NCBI GenBank assembly: GCA_944373065.1
Contig: CALWAJ010000001.1
Location: 1-50,472, forward strand
From: an uncultured Bacilli bacterium
GTDB taxonomy: Bacteria; Bacillota_I; Bacilli_A; RF39; UBA660
DNA length: 50,472 nucleotides
Direction of reading: 5' to 3'
Shown here in pieces: positions 19,461 to 29,053 of this stretch. Under the pieces are notes generated by a model, which saw nothing but the letters and a program-made list of their open reading frames with translations, did no database searches and was not told the DNA's origin. Each line of letters opens with the position of its first letter. Position 1 is the first letter of the stretch. The translations under genes and the position numbers were made by a program.

Positions 19461-19865
19461 GTGAATAATAAAGAAACTTGTTGTTTAGGAAAACTATTAA
19501 AGGTTATTGATATATTACAAAGGAATGCGAGTGGTAATGATTGTTTTGATGAATCTTGTACTAGACCATATTTAGGAAGTAGTCCTAATATTATTTGTTT
19601 TAATACAAGACCAGTTACATTCTATACAAGAAATGGAAATATTTTTACTACTACTTATACATTAAACAATGTAACTAATACTTCTTCTACATTTAGAGTA
19701 GAATCTGTAGATGATTGTTGTGTTAAATGTCGTGTTTTAAGACCTAATCCTGATACTACTGATACAACAAGAGCATTTCTTGCTACTAATGAATTCATAA
19801 CTATTAACCTAGATTGTATATGTGTCATCAGTTGTTTAGATGATATTATCATTGATAATTTATAA
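19461..19865 (+). CDS. Cys-rich spore coat/crust protein, CotY/CotZ family-like (GTG start)
   Basis: Pattern C(C)xxxLxxIxxLQ...DC...SC..P(Y/F)LG...NTRP(V/I)xFY...FR(V/L)E...CCxCRVL...INLDC(I/V)..(I/S)xCL resembles B. subtilis CotY/CotZ. RBS agaggtgg. Confidence 0.7.
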   Translation: MNNKETCCLGKLLKVIDILQRNASGNDCFDESCTRPYLGSSPNIICFNTRPVTFYTRNGNIFTTTYTLNNVTNTSSTFRVESVDDCCVKCRVLRPNPDTTDTTRAFLATNEFITINLDCICVISCLDDIIIDNL

Positions 19866-19879
19866 AAGGAGGATAATTT

Positions 19880-20278
19880 ATGTGTAATGATAAAAGTTGT
19901 TTAACATCCATTCTAGAGACTATTCTTTGCTTACAGAATGCTAAAGATGATGCTTGTGATGTCTTAGGATGTGATAAACCTTTTTTAGGTCCTACTCCTA
20001 ATTTAATATGCTATAATACAAGACCAATAAACTTCTATAACTGTACTACAGGAGAACTTTGGAGCTTTCCTTATACCTTAGGAACAGTTAGTGGAACATC
20101 TTCAGTTTTTAGATTAGAAAACTTAGAAGGTAATTGTTGTACTTGTAGAGTATTAGCAACTAATCCTGATACTAGTAGTAGTGAACCTTATGTTTTAACT
20201 AGTACATTCTTTACTATTAATTTAGATTGTGTATCTGCAATCAGATGCTTACCAGATGTCTTAGTTAGTGGTGTTTAA
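19880..20278 (+). CDS. Cys-rich spore coat/crust protein, CotY/CotZ family-like, tandem paralog
   Basis: Same Cys framework as 19461..19865. RBS aaaggagga 7 nt upstream. Confidence 0.7.
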   Translation: MCNDKSCLTSILETILCLQNAKDDACDVLGCDKPFLGPTPNLICYNTRPINFYNCTTGELWSFPYTLGTVSGTSSVFRLENLEGNCCTCRVLATNPDTSSSEPYVLTSTFFTINLDCVSAIRCLPDVLVSGV

Positions 20279-20282
20279 AAAA

Positions 20283-20310
20283 AGTCCATCTCTATTCTGA
20301 TGGGCTTTTT
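20283..20310. terminator. Bidirectional terminator between the convergent genes
   Basis: agtccatc / gatgggct stem flanked by an A-run and a T-run. It overlaps the stop of 20292..20618. Confidence 0.6.
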
Positions 20311-20618
20311 ATTTCTAAAGAAGTTATTGTCGATATTGGAATAACTTCATTATCTAAAGTTATAATAGAATCATTTTTCTTTAAAGCTAAATATGTATTA
20401 ACTTTTTTATTAGAAAAAGTAATTTCTACAGGAATATTAAATGCATATCCTCTAGTTTTAAAAATTTTATTTATTTTTTCTTCTATTGATAAATCATTAT
20501 CAATACTTTTTTCTTGTTTCTCTTCTTTTATTTTATTAGTTACTTTTTCATGATAGTACTTCTGATTAGTATCTTTTATATTATTACTAAGCTTAAATAT
20601 TGGTGGTAATTGTTTCAT
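20292..20618 (-). CDS. Hypothetical small protein
   Basis: 108-aa ORF with a plausible RBS (aggaggg). No family recognised. Confidence 0.5.
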   Translation of the reverse strand: MKQLPPIFKLSNNIKDTNQKYYHEKVTNKIKEEKQEKSIDNDLSIEEKINKIFKTRGYAFNIPVEITFSNKKVNTYLALKKNDSIITLDNEVIPISTITSLEIKSPSE

Positions 20619-20686
20619 AGTTTTCCCTCCTGTTATATTTTATGTTTTTTATATAATAAAATGTATTATTTTTTGATATAATAGTA

Positions 20687-21850
20687 ATGACTGCAAGAAG
20701 TACAATGAAAGGTAGTGATATAGTGCGAAAAAAACAAAAAATCGATTTAACTATTGTTATACCTATTATATTATTTTTTATCATAAGCATTGCAAGTATA
20801 TACAGTGCCATGACCTACCTCTCACCTGATAATGGTAACTTAGCTTTAAAACAAGCGATATGGTATTTAGTAGGTGTTATAATAATAGTCATTATCTTTA
20901 AACTTAAAAATGATTATTTATATAGGAATGCTTGGTTTTTATATATTTTAGGAAATATTTTATTAGTATGTCTTTTACTCTTCGCCCCGGAAATTAATAA
21001 TAGTAAGTGTTGGTTCGTTATTCCTTATATTGGTAGTTTCCAGCCAAGTGAATTTATGAAGATTTTTATTATGTTAGTCCTTGCTGTTATGATTTCTAAT
21101 TTTAGAGATACCACAAATCATCCTAGTATTAAAGAAGAGTTTATATTTATTTTAAAGACTTTAATAGTTGTCTTAATTCCAAGTATTTTAACCTTTTTAG
21201 AGCCTGATACAGGTTCTGTTATGATATATTTTATAATTTATTTCTGTATGATGTTTACATCAGGAATAAGGCTTAGATGGTTTGTTATTTTAGGAATTAT
21301 AATTGCTGTAATGCTAAGTTTAGTATTAGGATGTTATTTCTTAAATGAAAATTTATTTGTAAGTATCTTTGGTACTGATTTATATTATAGGTTTGATAGA
21401 ATCTTAGATTGGCAAAATGGTAGTGGCTTACAACTTGAAAATGCTTTAGCAGCGATAGGTTCTGCGGGAGTATTTGGACATGGATTTAACAAGACACCAA
21501 TATATTTTCCTGAGTCTGGTACTGACTTTATCTTTGCTGTCTTTGCTTCTAACTTTGGACTTTTAGGAGCGATAATTTTAATTGCCATTATCATTTTCTT
21601 TGATACAAGATTAATTAATATGGCTACTAAAAAAATAGCATCACGTGATAAATTTGTTCTAGCAGGAATAATCGGAATGCTTGTATTTCAGCAAGTACAA
21701 AATATAGGAATGACTGTTGGATTATTACCAATAACAGGAATTACTTTACCATTTATTAGTTATGGTGGTAGTAGTTTATTATCTTATTTAATATTAGTTG
21801 GTATTATTTTAAATATAGGTAATGAAAAAGAAAGAGAATATAACGTTTAA
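20687..21850 (+). CDS. SEDS-family peptidoglycan glycosyltransferase (RodA/FtsW/SpoVE)
   Basis: 10-TM protein with SEFMK, the periplasmic loop PDTGS and GLLPITGITLPFISYGGSS. The start is uncertain (the GTG at ~20723 has a better RBS). Confidence 0.85.
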   Translation: MTARSTMKGSDIVRKKQKIDLTIVIPIILFFIISIASIYSAMTYLSPDNGNLALKQAIWYLVGVIIIVIIFKLKNDYLYRNAWFLYILGNILLVCLLLFAPEINNSKCWFVIPYIGSFQPSEFMKIFIMLVLAVMISNFRDTTNHPSIKEEFIFILKTLIVVLIPSILTFLEPDTGSVMIYFIIYFCMMFTSGIRLRWFVILGIIIAVMLSLVLGCYFLNENLFVSIFGTDLYYRFDRILDWQNGSGLQLENALAAIGSAGVFGHGFNKTPIYFPESGTDFIFAVFASNFGLLGAIILIAIIIFFDTRLINMATKKIASRDKFVLAGIIGMLVFQQVQNIGMTVGLLPITGITLPFISYGGSSLLSYLILVGIILNIGNEKEREYNV

Positions 21851-21878
21851 AAGTCAGGCACTTAAACCTGACTTTTTT
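21851..21878 (+). terminator. Rho-independent terminator after the SEDS gene
   Basis: aagtcagg / cctgactt stem plus a T-run. Confidence 0.7.
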
Positions 21879-21947
21879 ATTATCTCACTACATTATTAAT
21901 ATCTATTTTTACACGTTTACTATTCTCATATACATAAGAACATGCAT

Positions 21948-22718
21948 CTAAAACTTTTCTAATTTATTTTTATCTTCTAATGTTTTAAATCCATTACGAC
22001 TCCATAACCACAAAGGAGTATGAATATCAATGGGTTTATACTTAGTTCCTTTAAATAGTTCATCCCATCTTTCAATAACTATCTCTTGAACATTACTCTT
22101 CTCTAGTTCTTCTTCAGAAATAAGTCCTAATCTGTATGTTGCCTTAATTACATGAGTATCAGGTGCTACTGTAAGAGCTTCTATATTTTTATAATCTCTA
22201 TCAGTATATTGCCATATTACATATAGCCAATAATTACAAATCTTTGTTCCACACAAATATGGAAATAATGATTTATTTTCTTTTTGAATATAGTTTTTAA
22301 TTTTAACTACATCATTATCAAATATATCAAATAATTTTCTAATATCTCCATCAAATAAACTTACAAATGTTTTACATAACTTAATCCATATTTCTGTCTG
22401 TTTATTTTTTTGAAGTGCTACTTTATATTTAACTAAAGCTTGTTGAACCTCTTCAAAAGTATGATTTAAAACTTCTTTAGGGTTAAATACAAAATTTGTT
22501 TCTTTATCTTTATATGTTTTGTTTGCATTTTCCCAAAGAGTATAAGAATTTCTTTGATAGTTTAAAGCCATAGGAAGAGTAAAATAAAGATAGTTTTCTA
22601 AAGAGCCTTTATCTAAATTAGGATTTTCATCTTCAGGCATTAATTCACTACCAAGTTCTCCTTCTTTCCACATTTTTTGCAGTATATTAACTTTTCTTAA
22701 AATTTTCTTTCTATCCAT
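21948..22718 (-). CDS. Hypothetical protein with an HhH-GPD/endonuclease III-like motif
   Basis: FPYLCGTKICNYW...VAPDTHVIKATYRLGLI resembles the HhH plus the (V)DTHV.RV..RLG segment of Nth-type glycosylases. This is a weak call made by eye. Confidence 0.4.
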   Translation of the reverse strand: MDRKKILRKVNILQKMWKEGELGSELMPEDENPNLDKGSLENYLYFTLPMALNYQRNSYTLWENANKTYKDKETNFVFNPKEVLNHTFEEVQQALVKYKVALQKNKQTEIWIKLCKTFVSLFDGDIRKLFDIFDNDVVKIKNYIQKENKSLFPYLCGTKICNYWLYVIWQYTDRDYKNIEALTVAPDTHVIKATYRLGLISEEELEKSNVQEIVIERWDELFKGTKYKPIDIHTPLWLWSRNGFKTLEDKNKLEKF

Positions 22719-22735
22719 TCTATCACCATATAATA

Positions 22736-23755
22736 TTAATTCTCTAATACTTCTTCATATACTTCTTTTAACTGTTTACCTACTGTCTTTATATCACAAG
22801 CTTCTGCTATCTTTCTAGCTCCTATACTTACACTTTTTAACTCACCATTCAAAAACATTTTTATTTTCTTTTCAAATTCATCTACATCTTTCGCTTTATA
22901 AACATTAACTCCATCCGTTAGATAATTAAATATTGGTATATCTCTTATTATCGTATTAGTCTCCATAGCACAAGCTTCAATAATAGGAATACCTTCAGTC
23001 TCTTCAAAAGTTGGAAATAAATATAAATCACATCCACCTAAAGCTTCTCTTATCATTTCTTGTGGTACATGACCAGGAAACTTAATATTAGGTAAGCTCT
23101 TTGATTCTTTCAAAGCTTTCTTAACATCACTAGTCGCTGCACTTATTGGACTAGAACCAAACCAAATAAATTGATACATTGGCAAACGTTTAGCAAGTTC
23201 TACAAAATCAACTATTCCTTTTCTTCTACTATATATTCCAATACCTACTATTACTTTATCATCTTTTTTATAATTATATCTTTTATAAAAAGAATCTTTA
23301 TATGACTTATTAGGCTTAAAGAAATCCAATTCTAAGCCATTAGATATAGCGACTATCTTTTTATTTTCTAAGCCCTTATAATGCTCTAAAATGTTTTTAG
23401 AATATTCTGTTGGCGTTACAATAATATCTCCTAAGCTATAACACTTAATTAACCACCATTTAAAAAACTTACTTGTTAAATGTCCAAAAATAAAACCATC
23501 ACGATAATCTTCTTCAGTTGAATGAGCATGATATACTATTTTTATTCCTTTCTTTTTTAACTTTTTAACAAGAAAATAAGATTTTAAAAAATATGTATTA
23601 ATATGAGCGATATCATAATTATCATTTATATCAGTTGTATAAGGAATATTCTCTAAATCTAAGGCTTTCATTTGATGCTTTATAGCTTTACCTAAACCAC
23701 TTACACCTATTACTTTTAAGCCTTCTGCATATAATAAAACTTTCATCTGTTTCAC
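22736..23755 (-). CDS. GT-B fold glycosyltransferase, family 4-like
   Basis: N-terminal GVSGLGKA loop and a C-terminal EX7E-type motif (ETEGIPIIEACAME). Confidence 0.8.
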   Translation of the reverse strand: MKQMKVLLYAEGLKVIGVSGLGKAIKHQMKALDLENIPYTTDINDNYDIAHINTYFLKSYFLVKKLKKKGIKIVYHAHSTEEDYRDGFIFGHLTSKFFKWWLIKCYSLGDIIVTPTEYSKNILEHYKGLENKKIVAISNGLELDFFKPNKSYKDSFYKRYNYKKDDKVIVGIGIYSRRKGIVDFVELAKRLPMYQFIWFGSSPISAATSDVKKALKESKSLPNIKFPGHVPQEMIREALGGCDLYLFPTFEETEGIPIIEACAMETNTIIRDIPIFNYLTDGVNVYKAKDVDEFEKKIKMFLNGELKSVSIGARKIAEACDIKTVGKQLKEVYEEVLEN

Positions 23756-23797
23756 TCCTTAAAATAATATTAACATATATTTTTTTACAAATAAATA

Positions 23798-23827
23798 TTG
23801 ACAAGCATTTTTTTACTGTGATATAAT
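23798..23827 (+). promoter_or_regulatory. SigA promoter for tRNA-Ala (TTGACA-18-TATAAT)
   Basis: Consensus hexamers at 23798-23803 and 23822-27, 20 nt upstream of the tRNA. Confidence 0.7.
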
Positions 23828-23846
23828 CAATTTGTTCTTAAGCAAT

Positions 23847-23922
23847 GGGGAATTAGCTCAGCTGGGAGAGCGTCACGTTTGCACCGTGAAGGTCAGGGGT
23901 TCGATCCCCCTATTCTCCACCA
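23847..23922 (+). tRNA. tRNA-Ala: tRNA-Ala (anticodon UGC), CCA encoded
   Basis: The cloverleaf folds by hand. Acceptor GGGGAAT/ATTCTCC includes the G3:U70 Ala identity pair. Anticodon loop TTTGCAC, T-loop GGTTCGATCC. Confidence 0.95.
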
Positions 23923-23933
23923 TATAGAAATTA

Positions 23934-23957
23934 AACGGCTTGTATAAAGTCGTTTTT
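23934..23957 (+). terminator. Terminator after tRNA-Ala
   Basis: aacggctt / aagtcgtt stem followed by TTTTT. Confidence 0.6.
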
Positions 23958-23978
23958 ATATACTAAAAAGGCCTATCC

Positions 23979-24605
23979 CTAGGCCTTTTTACTTTGTTTC
24001 TTTTTTCTTATTACAAACCAATAATACATTGCCACAACAAATATTATTACTAAGATTATTAAAATTATATTAGAGAAATTATCTAAGTATCCTACAATAG
24101 TTTCCCATTTATCTCCTACTATACTACCTACTACTATTAAAACAGAATTCCAAATTAAAGAACCTAAGATAGTATAGATTAAGAACTTTTGCATAGGCAT
24201 CTCACTCATACCAGCAGGAATAGATATTAGACTTCTTACAATTGGTATAAATCTACAGAAGAAAACTGTTTTATTACCTTTAGTATCAAACCACTTATCA
24301 GCTTTCTCTATATCACTAGCTTTCAATCTTAAAACTTTACCTATCTTCCCACTTATTATTCTTTTTAATCTCTCTTTATTAAAGATTTTCCCAATATAAT
24401 AAAGTACTATCGCTCCAAGAAGTGACCCTAACGTCGCCGCTACAATCATAATAGGAATATTAAGTGATGTATAAGTAGTCATAAATCCACCAAATACCAA
24501 TATTACTTCAGATGGTATTGGAGGAAAGATATTTTCTATAGCAATTAGAAGAAACACTCCTATATAACCAAATTGTTCCATTGCATTAATTATTATTTGT
24601 TCCAT
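23979..24605 (-). CDS. DedA-family membrane protein
   Basis: ~208 aa with FPPIPSEVIL..GG and the FxxRFIPxxR-like motif (FFCRFIPIVRSLISIPAG). Confidence 0.85.
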   Translation of the reverse strand: MEQIIINAMEQFGYIGVFLLIAIENIFPPIPSEVILVFGGFMTTYTSLNIPIMIVAATLGSLLGAIVLYYIGKIFNKERLKRIISGKIGKVLRLKASDIEKADKWFDTKGNKTVFFCRFIPIVRSLISIPAGMSEMPMQKFLIYTILGSLIWNSVLIVVGSIVGDKWETIVGYLDNFSNIILIILVIIFVVAMYYWFVIRKKKQSKKA

Positions 24606-24667
24606 ATTTTAGACTCCTTTATCTATTTTGTCCATTCCATTATAACATCTATATATAGGAAATGTCA

Positions 24668-25435
24668 CTATAATTTATTTCTATATTTTTTTAACAAGTA
24701 CTCTTCTTCTAAAAAATATTTATCGTTTATTTTTATTAAATGATGATAATCTCTTTTAAAATCCTTTGTTTCCTTTACAATTTTACTTTTTTTAAACTTA
24801 TATTTATGTAAATATCTCTCTAAAATAAATTTCTCTAAACAATAATGGATATTACTTTTTTCTATTATTAATTTTATTATTAAAAGGATTATAATTAATA
24901 GGATATTTAAGGTTGGATTATAGAAAAAGAAAATCGTAATAAGGCCAAGAAAGATAAATGATATAAAATATATTATTTTAAAGCTTAACTGATATGATGT
25001 TAAATAACATATTAGTATCTGCATTATTCTTCCACCATCTAAAGGATAAATAGGTAAAAGATTAAATAGTAAGATACTATAGTTTACAGTTTTAAGAATA
25101 TCTTGATAGTTATAAAAATATGTTATATTTTTTAAAATAAAATACCAAAAAAGTTGCATAAGAGGCCCCATCAAAAGAACTATTAATTCTTCTTTTAAAG
25201 GACAATTTACTTCATGATTAAATTTAGATATTCCTCCATAAGGATAAAAGACTATCCTATCTACTTCCCAATTAAAGAAATAAGCCGTAAAAAAATGACC
25301 ACATTCATGAATTAATAGAAGAATACTTATCATAGTAATTAAACTAAAATATCCTGAAACAAATGCTAAAACTATTAAAAAGTAACAACTAGGATGAATA
25401 TAAATCTTACTTAACATATTCTTTATAATCAACAA
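24668..25435 (-). CDS. M50 site-2 metalloprotease, SpoIVFB-like
   Basis: HECGHF (HExxH) in a TM helix and NLLPIYPLDGGR (NxxPxxxLDG). It sits downstream of an M23-like gene and mreCD, as spoIVFA-spoIVFB do in Bacillus. Confidence 0.75.
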   Translation of the reverse strand: MLIIKNMLSKIYIHPSCYFLIVLAFVSGYFSLITMISILLLIHECGHFFTAYFFNWEVDRIVFYPYGGISKFNHEVNCPLKEELIVLLMGPLMQLFWYFILKNITYFYNYQDILKTVNYSILLFNLLPIYPLDGGRIMQILICYLTSYQLSFKIIYFISFIFLGLITIFFFYNPTLNILLIIILLIIKLIIEKSNIHYCLEKFILERYLHKYKFKKSKIVKETKDFKRDYHHLIKINDKYFLEEEYLLKKYRNKL

Positions 25436-25982
25436 AATTACCTTCTTTTTGGAATGCTAAATAAAGTTTCTTATCTATAGTCTCTCCTATCAAAGAACCT
25501 TTTTCTATATAATCATACATATTGACACTAGCATTAACATTACCATAAAAAACATCTACGCCATCAACTTGTTGAACTATAACTGTCTTACCGTATTTAT
25601 CTTTTTCCCCAATAAACACAACAATACCACTATTTAAAGCTTTAACTAAATAATTATCATCAACTGTCAACTTAACTCCATTTTCATACATACTTTTATC
25701 AGTATATACTAAATCTTCATTAAAAACTTCTTTAGTATCATCATTTTCTTTACCTAAAAAATATTTATCATAAAGCTCTTTAAAATCAGTAAATGGTAAA
25801 GAGGTATTATAAACGTACTTATTAAAATTATTTTTAAAGTCTAAATTAACTTTAAAACTTATAAGTAAAATTAAAACGACTATAATAGTAAGTAAAATTT
25901 GATTTATAAAGCTTCTAATTACTTTTTTTATTTTATTATTAGAATTATTATTGTTATTATTATAAAATTTAGACTCTATCAT
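25407..25982 (-). CDS. Membrane-anchored LytM/M23-like (probably degenerate) domain protein, SpoIVFA-like by position
   Basis: N-terminal TM, C-terminal GVVVFIGEKDKYGKTVIVQQ.DGV...YGN...V..YD.IEKG..IG pattern. Synteny argument. Confidence 0.55.
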   Translation of the reverse strand: MIESKFYNNNNNNSNNKIKKVIRSFINQILLTIIVVLILLISFKVNLDFKNNFNKYVYNTSLPFTDFKELYDKYFLGKENDDTKEVFNEDLVYTDKSMYENGVKLTVDDNYLVKALNSGIVVFIGEKDKYGKTVIVQQVDGVDVFYGNVNASVNMYDYIEKGSLIGETIDKKLYLAFQKEGNFVDYKEYVK

Positions 25983-26040
25983 AAAATTCCTCTTTTCTCT
26001 AACTTAATAATATATATGTTTAAAGAAAAGAAAAAAGACG

Positions 26041-26541
26041 TTAGTTAAGTCGTCTTTTCGTAGGTAAATATTTACAAATTAAATATAACACTTCACCATA
26101 TATAACATTTAAAATAATACTGTGAAGTATTAAGTATAAAAATTTCTCAAAGTTAATAGGAACTACATTAAATATAAACAAACATAAAACAAAAATAGCA
26201 TGATAAATAACTAAAGACAATATTACTATAAAAATATTAGTTAACAAGTTAAGAGCCATTTTTTTATAAAGAAAACTAATGATATATGTAACAAGTAAAA
26301 AGAAAATAGTATTAGCGAATAAGAGATTAGTATAGAATAAATCGTAAAGAAAACCTGTTATGCCTACAAGGATATAATAATTTTTAAGTTTTTTTACAAA
26401 TAAAGGATATATTATAATAATACTAACTAAAGTAAAATATAGTGTAAATAATGACAAATCACCTAACATATATGGTAAATAGTTAGAAAGAATTCCATCT
26501 AACAAAAAGGATATAATTACTATTATTAAAGGAATAATCAC
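26041..26541 (-). CDS. mreD: Rod shape-determining protein MreD
   Basis: 166-aa polytopic protein immediately after, and overlapping, mreC. Confidence 0.65.
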   Translation of the reverse strand: MIIPLIIVIISFLLDGILSNYLPYMLGDLSLFTLYFTLVSIIIIYPLFVKKLKNYYILVGITGFLYDLFYTNLLFANTIFFLLVTYIISFLYKKMALNLLTNIFIVILSLVIYHAIFVLCLFIFNVVPINFEKFLYLILHSIILNVIYGEVLYLICKYLPTKRRLN

Positions 26542-27353
26542 TTTGTCTCCTCCTTAAGAATTGTAACATAGTGAATATTATTAAAGTTCTGATTCATTCT
26601 AACACCTAAAGTTTTACTTAAACCATATTTATCATTAGTTATAGTCTCTACTTCACCTATATATATTCCTCTTGGAAACATTCCCCCTAAACCACTTGTA
26701 GTAACAACATCCCCTACATTAATTTCCACTAAACTATCAACACCGCTAATTAATACTAAATTATTATCTTTATCATAGCCACTAAGAATAGCCGTTGTCT
26801 CTCCAGATGTAGTTGCAATAGAAACAGAGACTTTATTATTAATATCATTAGCAGTTATAAGTTTAATTTCACTAGAATAATTAGTAACTTTTTGAATCTT
26901 ACCAATCAAACCATCTTTAGTAATAGCAACCATGTTCTTTTTTAATCCATCTTTCTTTCCTTTATCTATTGTTAAAGTCTGATACCAATAACTCTTATTT
27001 CTATTAATAACAGTTGCATTAACTACATCATAACCTGTCAATGTCTGATTTAAATCAAGTGCATCTCTAAGTTGTTCTATCTCTTCTTCTAAATGAACAT
27101 TAAGATTCTTTTGAATCACATAACTTTCAGTCAAATCACTATCTTTATCAGCATTAAGAGAAGTAAATGGCAACATTACCCCCTTCATAACTACTGATGC
27201 TACATCTTTAAAGAATGATTCTACAACTGTCATTTTTCTATTAGAAGAAAGTGAATAAAATAATAGGAAAAAAGAACAAAAAACAATGATAATAATTATT
27301 ATAATTTTCTTTTTTTTCTTATTTTTTCTGTACATAATTATAATTCCTTTCAA
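26538..27353 (-). CDS. mreC: Rod shape-determining protein MreC
   Basis: N-terminal TM, a coiled-coil segment, and C-terminal beta domains with GLIGKI...V..I and TSGLGGMFPRGIYIGEV. Confidence 0.85.
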   Translation of the reverse strand: MKGIIIMYRKNKKKKKIIIIIIIVFCSFFLLFYSLSSNRKMTVVESFFKDVASVVMKGVMLPFTSLNADKDSDLTESYVIQKNLNVHLEEEIEQLRDALDLNQTLTGYDVVNATVINRNKSYWYQTLTIDKGKKDGLKKNMVAITKDGLIGKIQKVTNYSSEIKLITANDINNKVSVSIATTSGETTAILSGYDKDNNLVLISGVDSLVEINVGDVVTTSGLGGMFPRGIYIGEVETITNDKYGLSKTLGVRMNQNFNNIHYVTILKEETK

Positions 27354-27389
27354 ATCTAGTATACTAACTTCTCAATATTTTTTCAATTA

Positions 27390-28064
27390 TCATAGTAAAT
27401 TATTATCTAAAAAACTAAAATAATTATCATCACTCACGATAATATGATCATAAATATAAACACCATGTAACATTCCTAATTTTACAAGATAAGTTGTAAA
27501 CTCAATATCTTTAGAACTAGGATTAACATTACCTGAAGGATGATTATGTAAGCATACAATATAACTAGCATCTTCTTTATAAGCTTCTTTAAATATTTCT
27601 CTAGGATGTACACTACTCTTATTAATAGTTCCTTTAAACAATAATTTCATCGTTAGTATTTTCTTATTACTATCTAAGTACAAAGCATAAAAGCATTCTT
27701 GTTTAACCCCATAAAAAAATACTTTAGCATAATTATAGATATCTTTAGGATTATTAATTTTAATCTTATTAGCTTCTTCCTCTAAAAATATTCTCTTTCC
27801 AAGTTCTACCGTTGCTAATATCTTTGTAGCTTTAACTTCTCCTATTCCTTTAATCTTAGTTAACTCTAAAAAAGATAAATTAACAAATTCATGAATATTA
27901 CCTACTTCTTTTAATAGTTTAAAAGCGAGTTCATTAGCATTAACATCTTTAATACCACCTTGCAAAATAATAGCTAATAATTCACTAGTAGAAAGACTAT
28001 CAGCTCCTTTTTTTATTAACTTTTCTCTTGGTCTTTCACTAACTGGTATTTCTTTTATTTTCAA
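27390..28064 (-). CDS. radC: RadC-family JAMM domain protein
   Basis: N-terminal HhH (ELLAIILQGG, IKGIGEVKA) and the JAMM motif HNHPSG. Confidence 0.9.
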   Translation of the reverse strand: MKIKEIPVSERPREKLIKKGADSLSTSELLAIILQGGIKDVNANELAFKLLKEVGNIHEFVNLSFLELTKIKGIGEVKATKILATVELGKRIFLEEEANKIKINNPKDIYNYAKVFFYGVKQECFYALYLDSNKKILTMKLLFKGTINKSSVHPREIFKEAYKEDASYIVCLHNHPSGNVNPSSKDIEFTTYLVKLGMLHGVYIYDHIIVSDDNYFSFLDNNLL

Positions 28065-28105
28065 ATTAACACCCCCTATTTTTATTATATACAGTAAATT
28101 TAAAT

Positions 28106-28558
28106 TTACTCTAATACAAATTCCTGATAATTAGCAAGTACAACCTCATTAACTGCTAATATTTCATCTTGAGAGGTAGTTTTATCAATAAGTAAATCCA
28201 TCTGCTCTAAAGTAGCTAAAAACTCTTCATTATCTATACTCATCTTCTTTATTGTTGTATTAAGTTTTAAGTCATCATAAATTTTTTCTAATTTTTCTAA
28301 ATTATCATTACTCTTAGTAATAGCAAGATATACTACATAATTAGCATCTTCTTTAGTAATTAATTTAACTTCAATATCTTTAGTCGCTTCTTTAGCTTGT
28401 TCTAGTGTTCCATAACTTCCTTCCATAATAAAATAAATACTATTAACTTCTCTAACAACACTCTTATCTTCAAGTTTATATTGTTCAAACAAAAAATTAC
28501 CTAAAACAGCCCCTAAAAATATTGCAACTATCATTGTTATAAAAAAACTCTTAGTCAT
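28106..28558 (-). CDS. Hypothetical membrane-anchored protein
   Basis: 150 aa with an N-terminal TM helix. No motif recognised. Confidence 0.5.
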   Translation of the reverse strand: MTKSFFITMIVAIFLGAVLGNFLFEQYKLEDKSVVREVNSIYFIMEGSYGTLEQAKEATKDIEVKLITKEDANYVVYLAITKSNDNLEKLEKIYDDLKLNTTIKKMSIDNEEFLATLEQMDLLIDKTTSQDEILAVNEVVLANYQEFVLE

Positions 28559-28659
28559 ATTATCACCGTTTTAATATTAACAAAAACAACAATATTATTT
28601 TGTCGAATGCTGTAATAAGTTATTAAAAATTAATAATATATATAAAAGATTATATAAAA

Positions 28660-28693
28660 AATAAAATAATAAAACCCTTATAAAATAAGGGTT
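28660..28693 (-). terminator. Terminator downstream of the displaced tRNA-Phe 3' end (likely the original tRNA-Phe terminator)
   Basis: aacccttat / ataagggtt stem with a T-rich tail on the minus strand. Confidence 0.6.
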
Positions 28694-28704
28694 AAAAGTC
28701 TAAC

Positions 28705-28751
28705 TGGTGGCTCCAGCGGGAATCGAACCAGCGACACAAGGATTTTCAGTC
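28705..28751 (-). repeat. tRNA-Phe 3' fragment (tRNA nt 30-76 including CCA): element-distal att repeat
   Basis: 47/47 identical to 50182..50228. It ends inside the anticodon stem-loop. Confidence 0.9.
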
Positions 28752-28834
28752 TTTTACCTACTCTTTTTTATAGATTTAAGTAAATCCAAATATCTGACTA
28801 ATTCGGCCACAATTCGTTGTAATATGGGCATTTC

Positions 28835-28883
28835 TAAATTAATTTGAACTTTTGGATAATTTAGATAAATTCAAATTAATTTA
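28835..28883. repeat. Perfect 14-bp inverted repeat (taaattaatttgaa / ttcaaattaattta) in the att arm
   Basis: Read directly at 28835-28848 and 28870-28883. Confidence 0.8.
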
Positions 28884-28901
28884 ACTATTTCCCATTCATT
28901 C

Positions 28902-29050
28902 TGTCCACAGTTGTCCACAGATTTTTAGGGGAACTTTTCGTCCACAACTTATATCTGTTTCGCTTGGAACACATATAATATAACATAAAAATAATGGTTA
29001 TGCAACATATTTTCGATAAAAAATAAGAAAAGTGGATTTTTCGTCCACAA
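28902..29050. promoter_or_regulatory. Cluster of four YGTCCACAR motifs (integrase arm-type sites and/or DnaA-box-like sites)
   Basis: tgtccacag 28902-10, tgtccacag 28912-20, cgtccacaa 28939-47, cgtccacaa 29042-50. All are in the same orientation. Confidence 0.6.
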
Positions 29051-29053
29051 TAA

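Noticed and set aside
20593-20811. 72-aa minus-strand ORF overlapping the start of the SEDS gene.
   Set aside because: It is antisense to the 5' end of a well-supported gene and has no RBS. It is probably the promoter and 5' region of the divergent genes.
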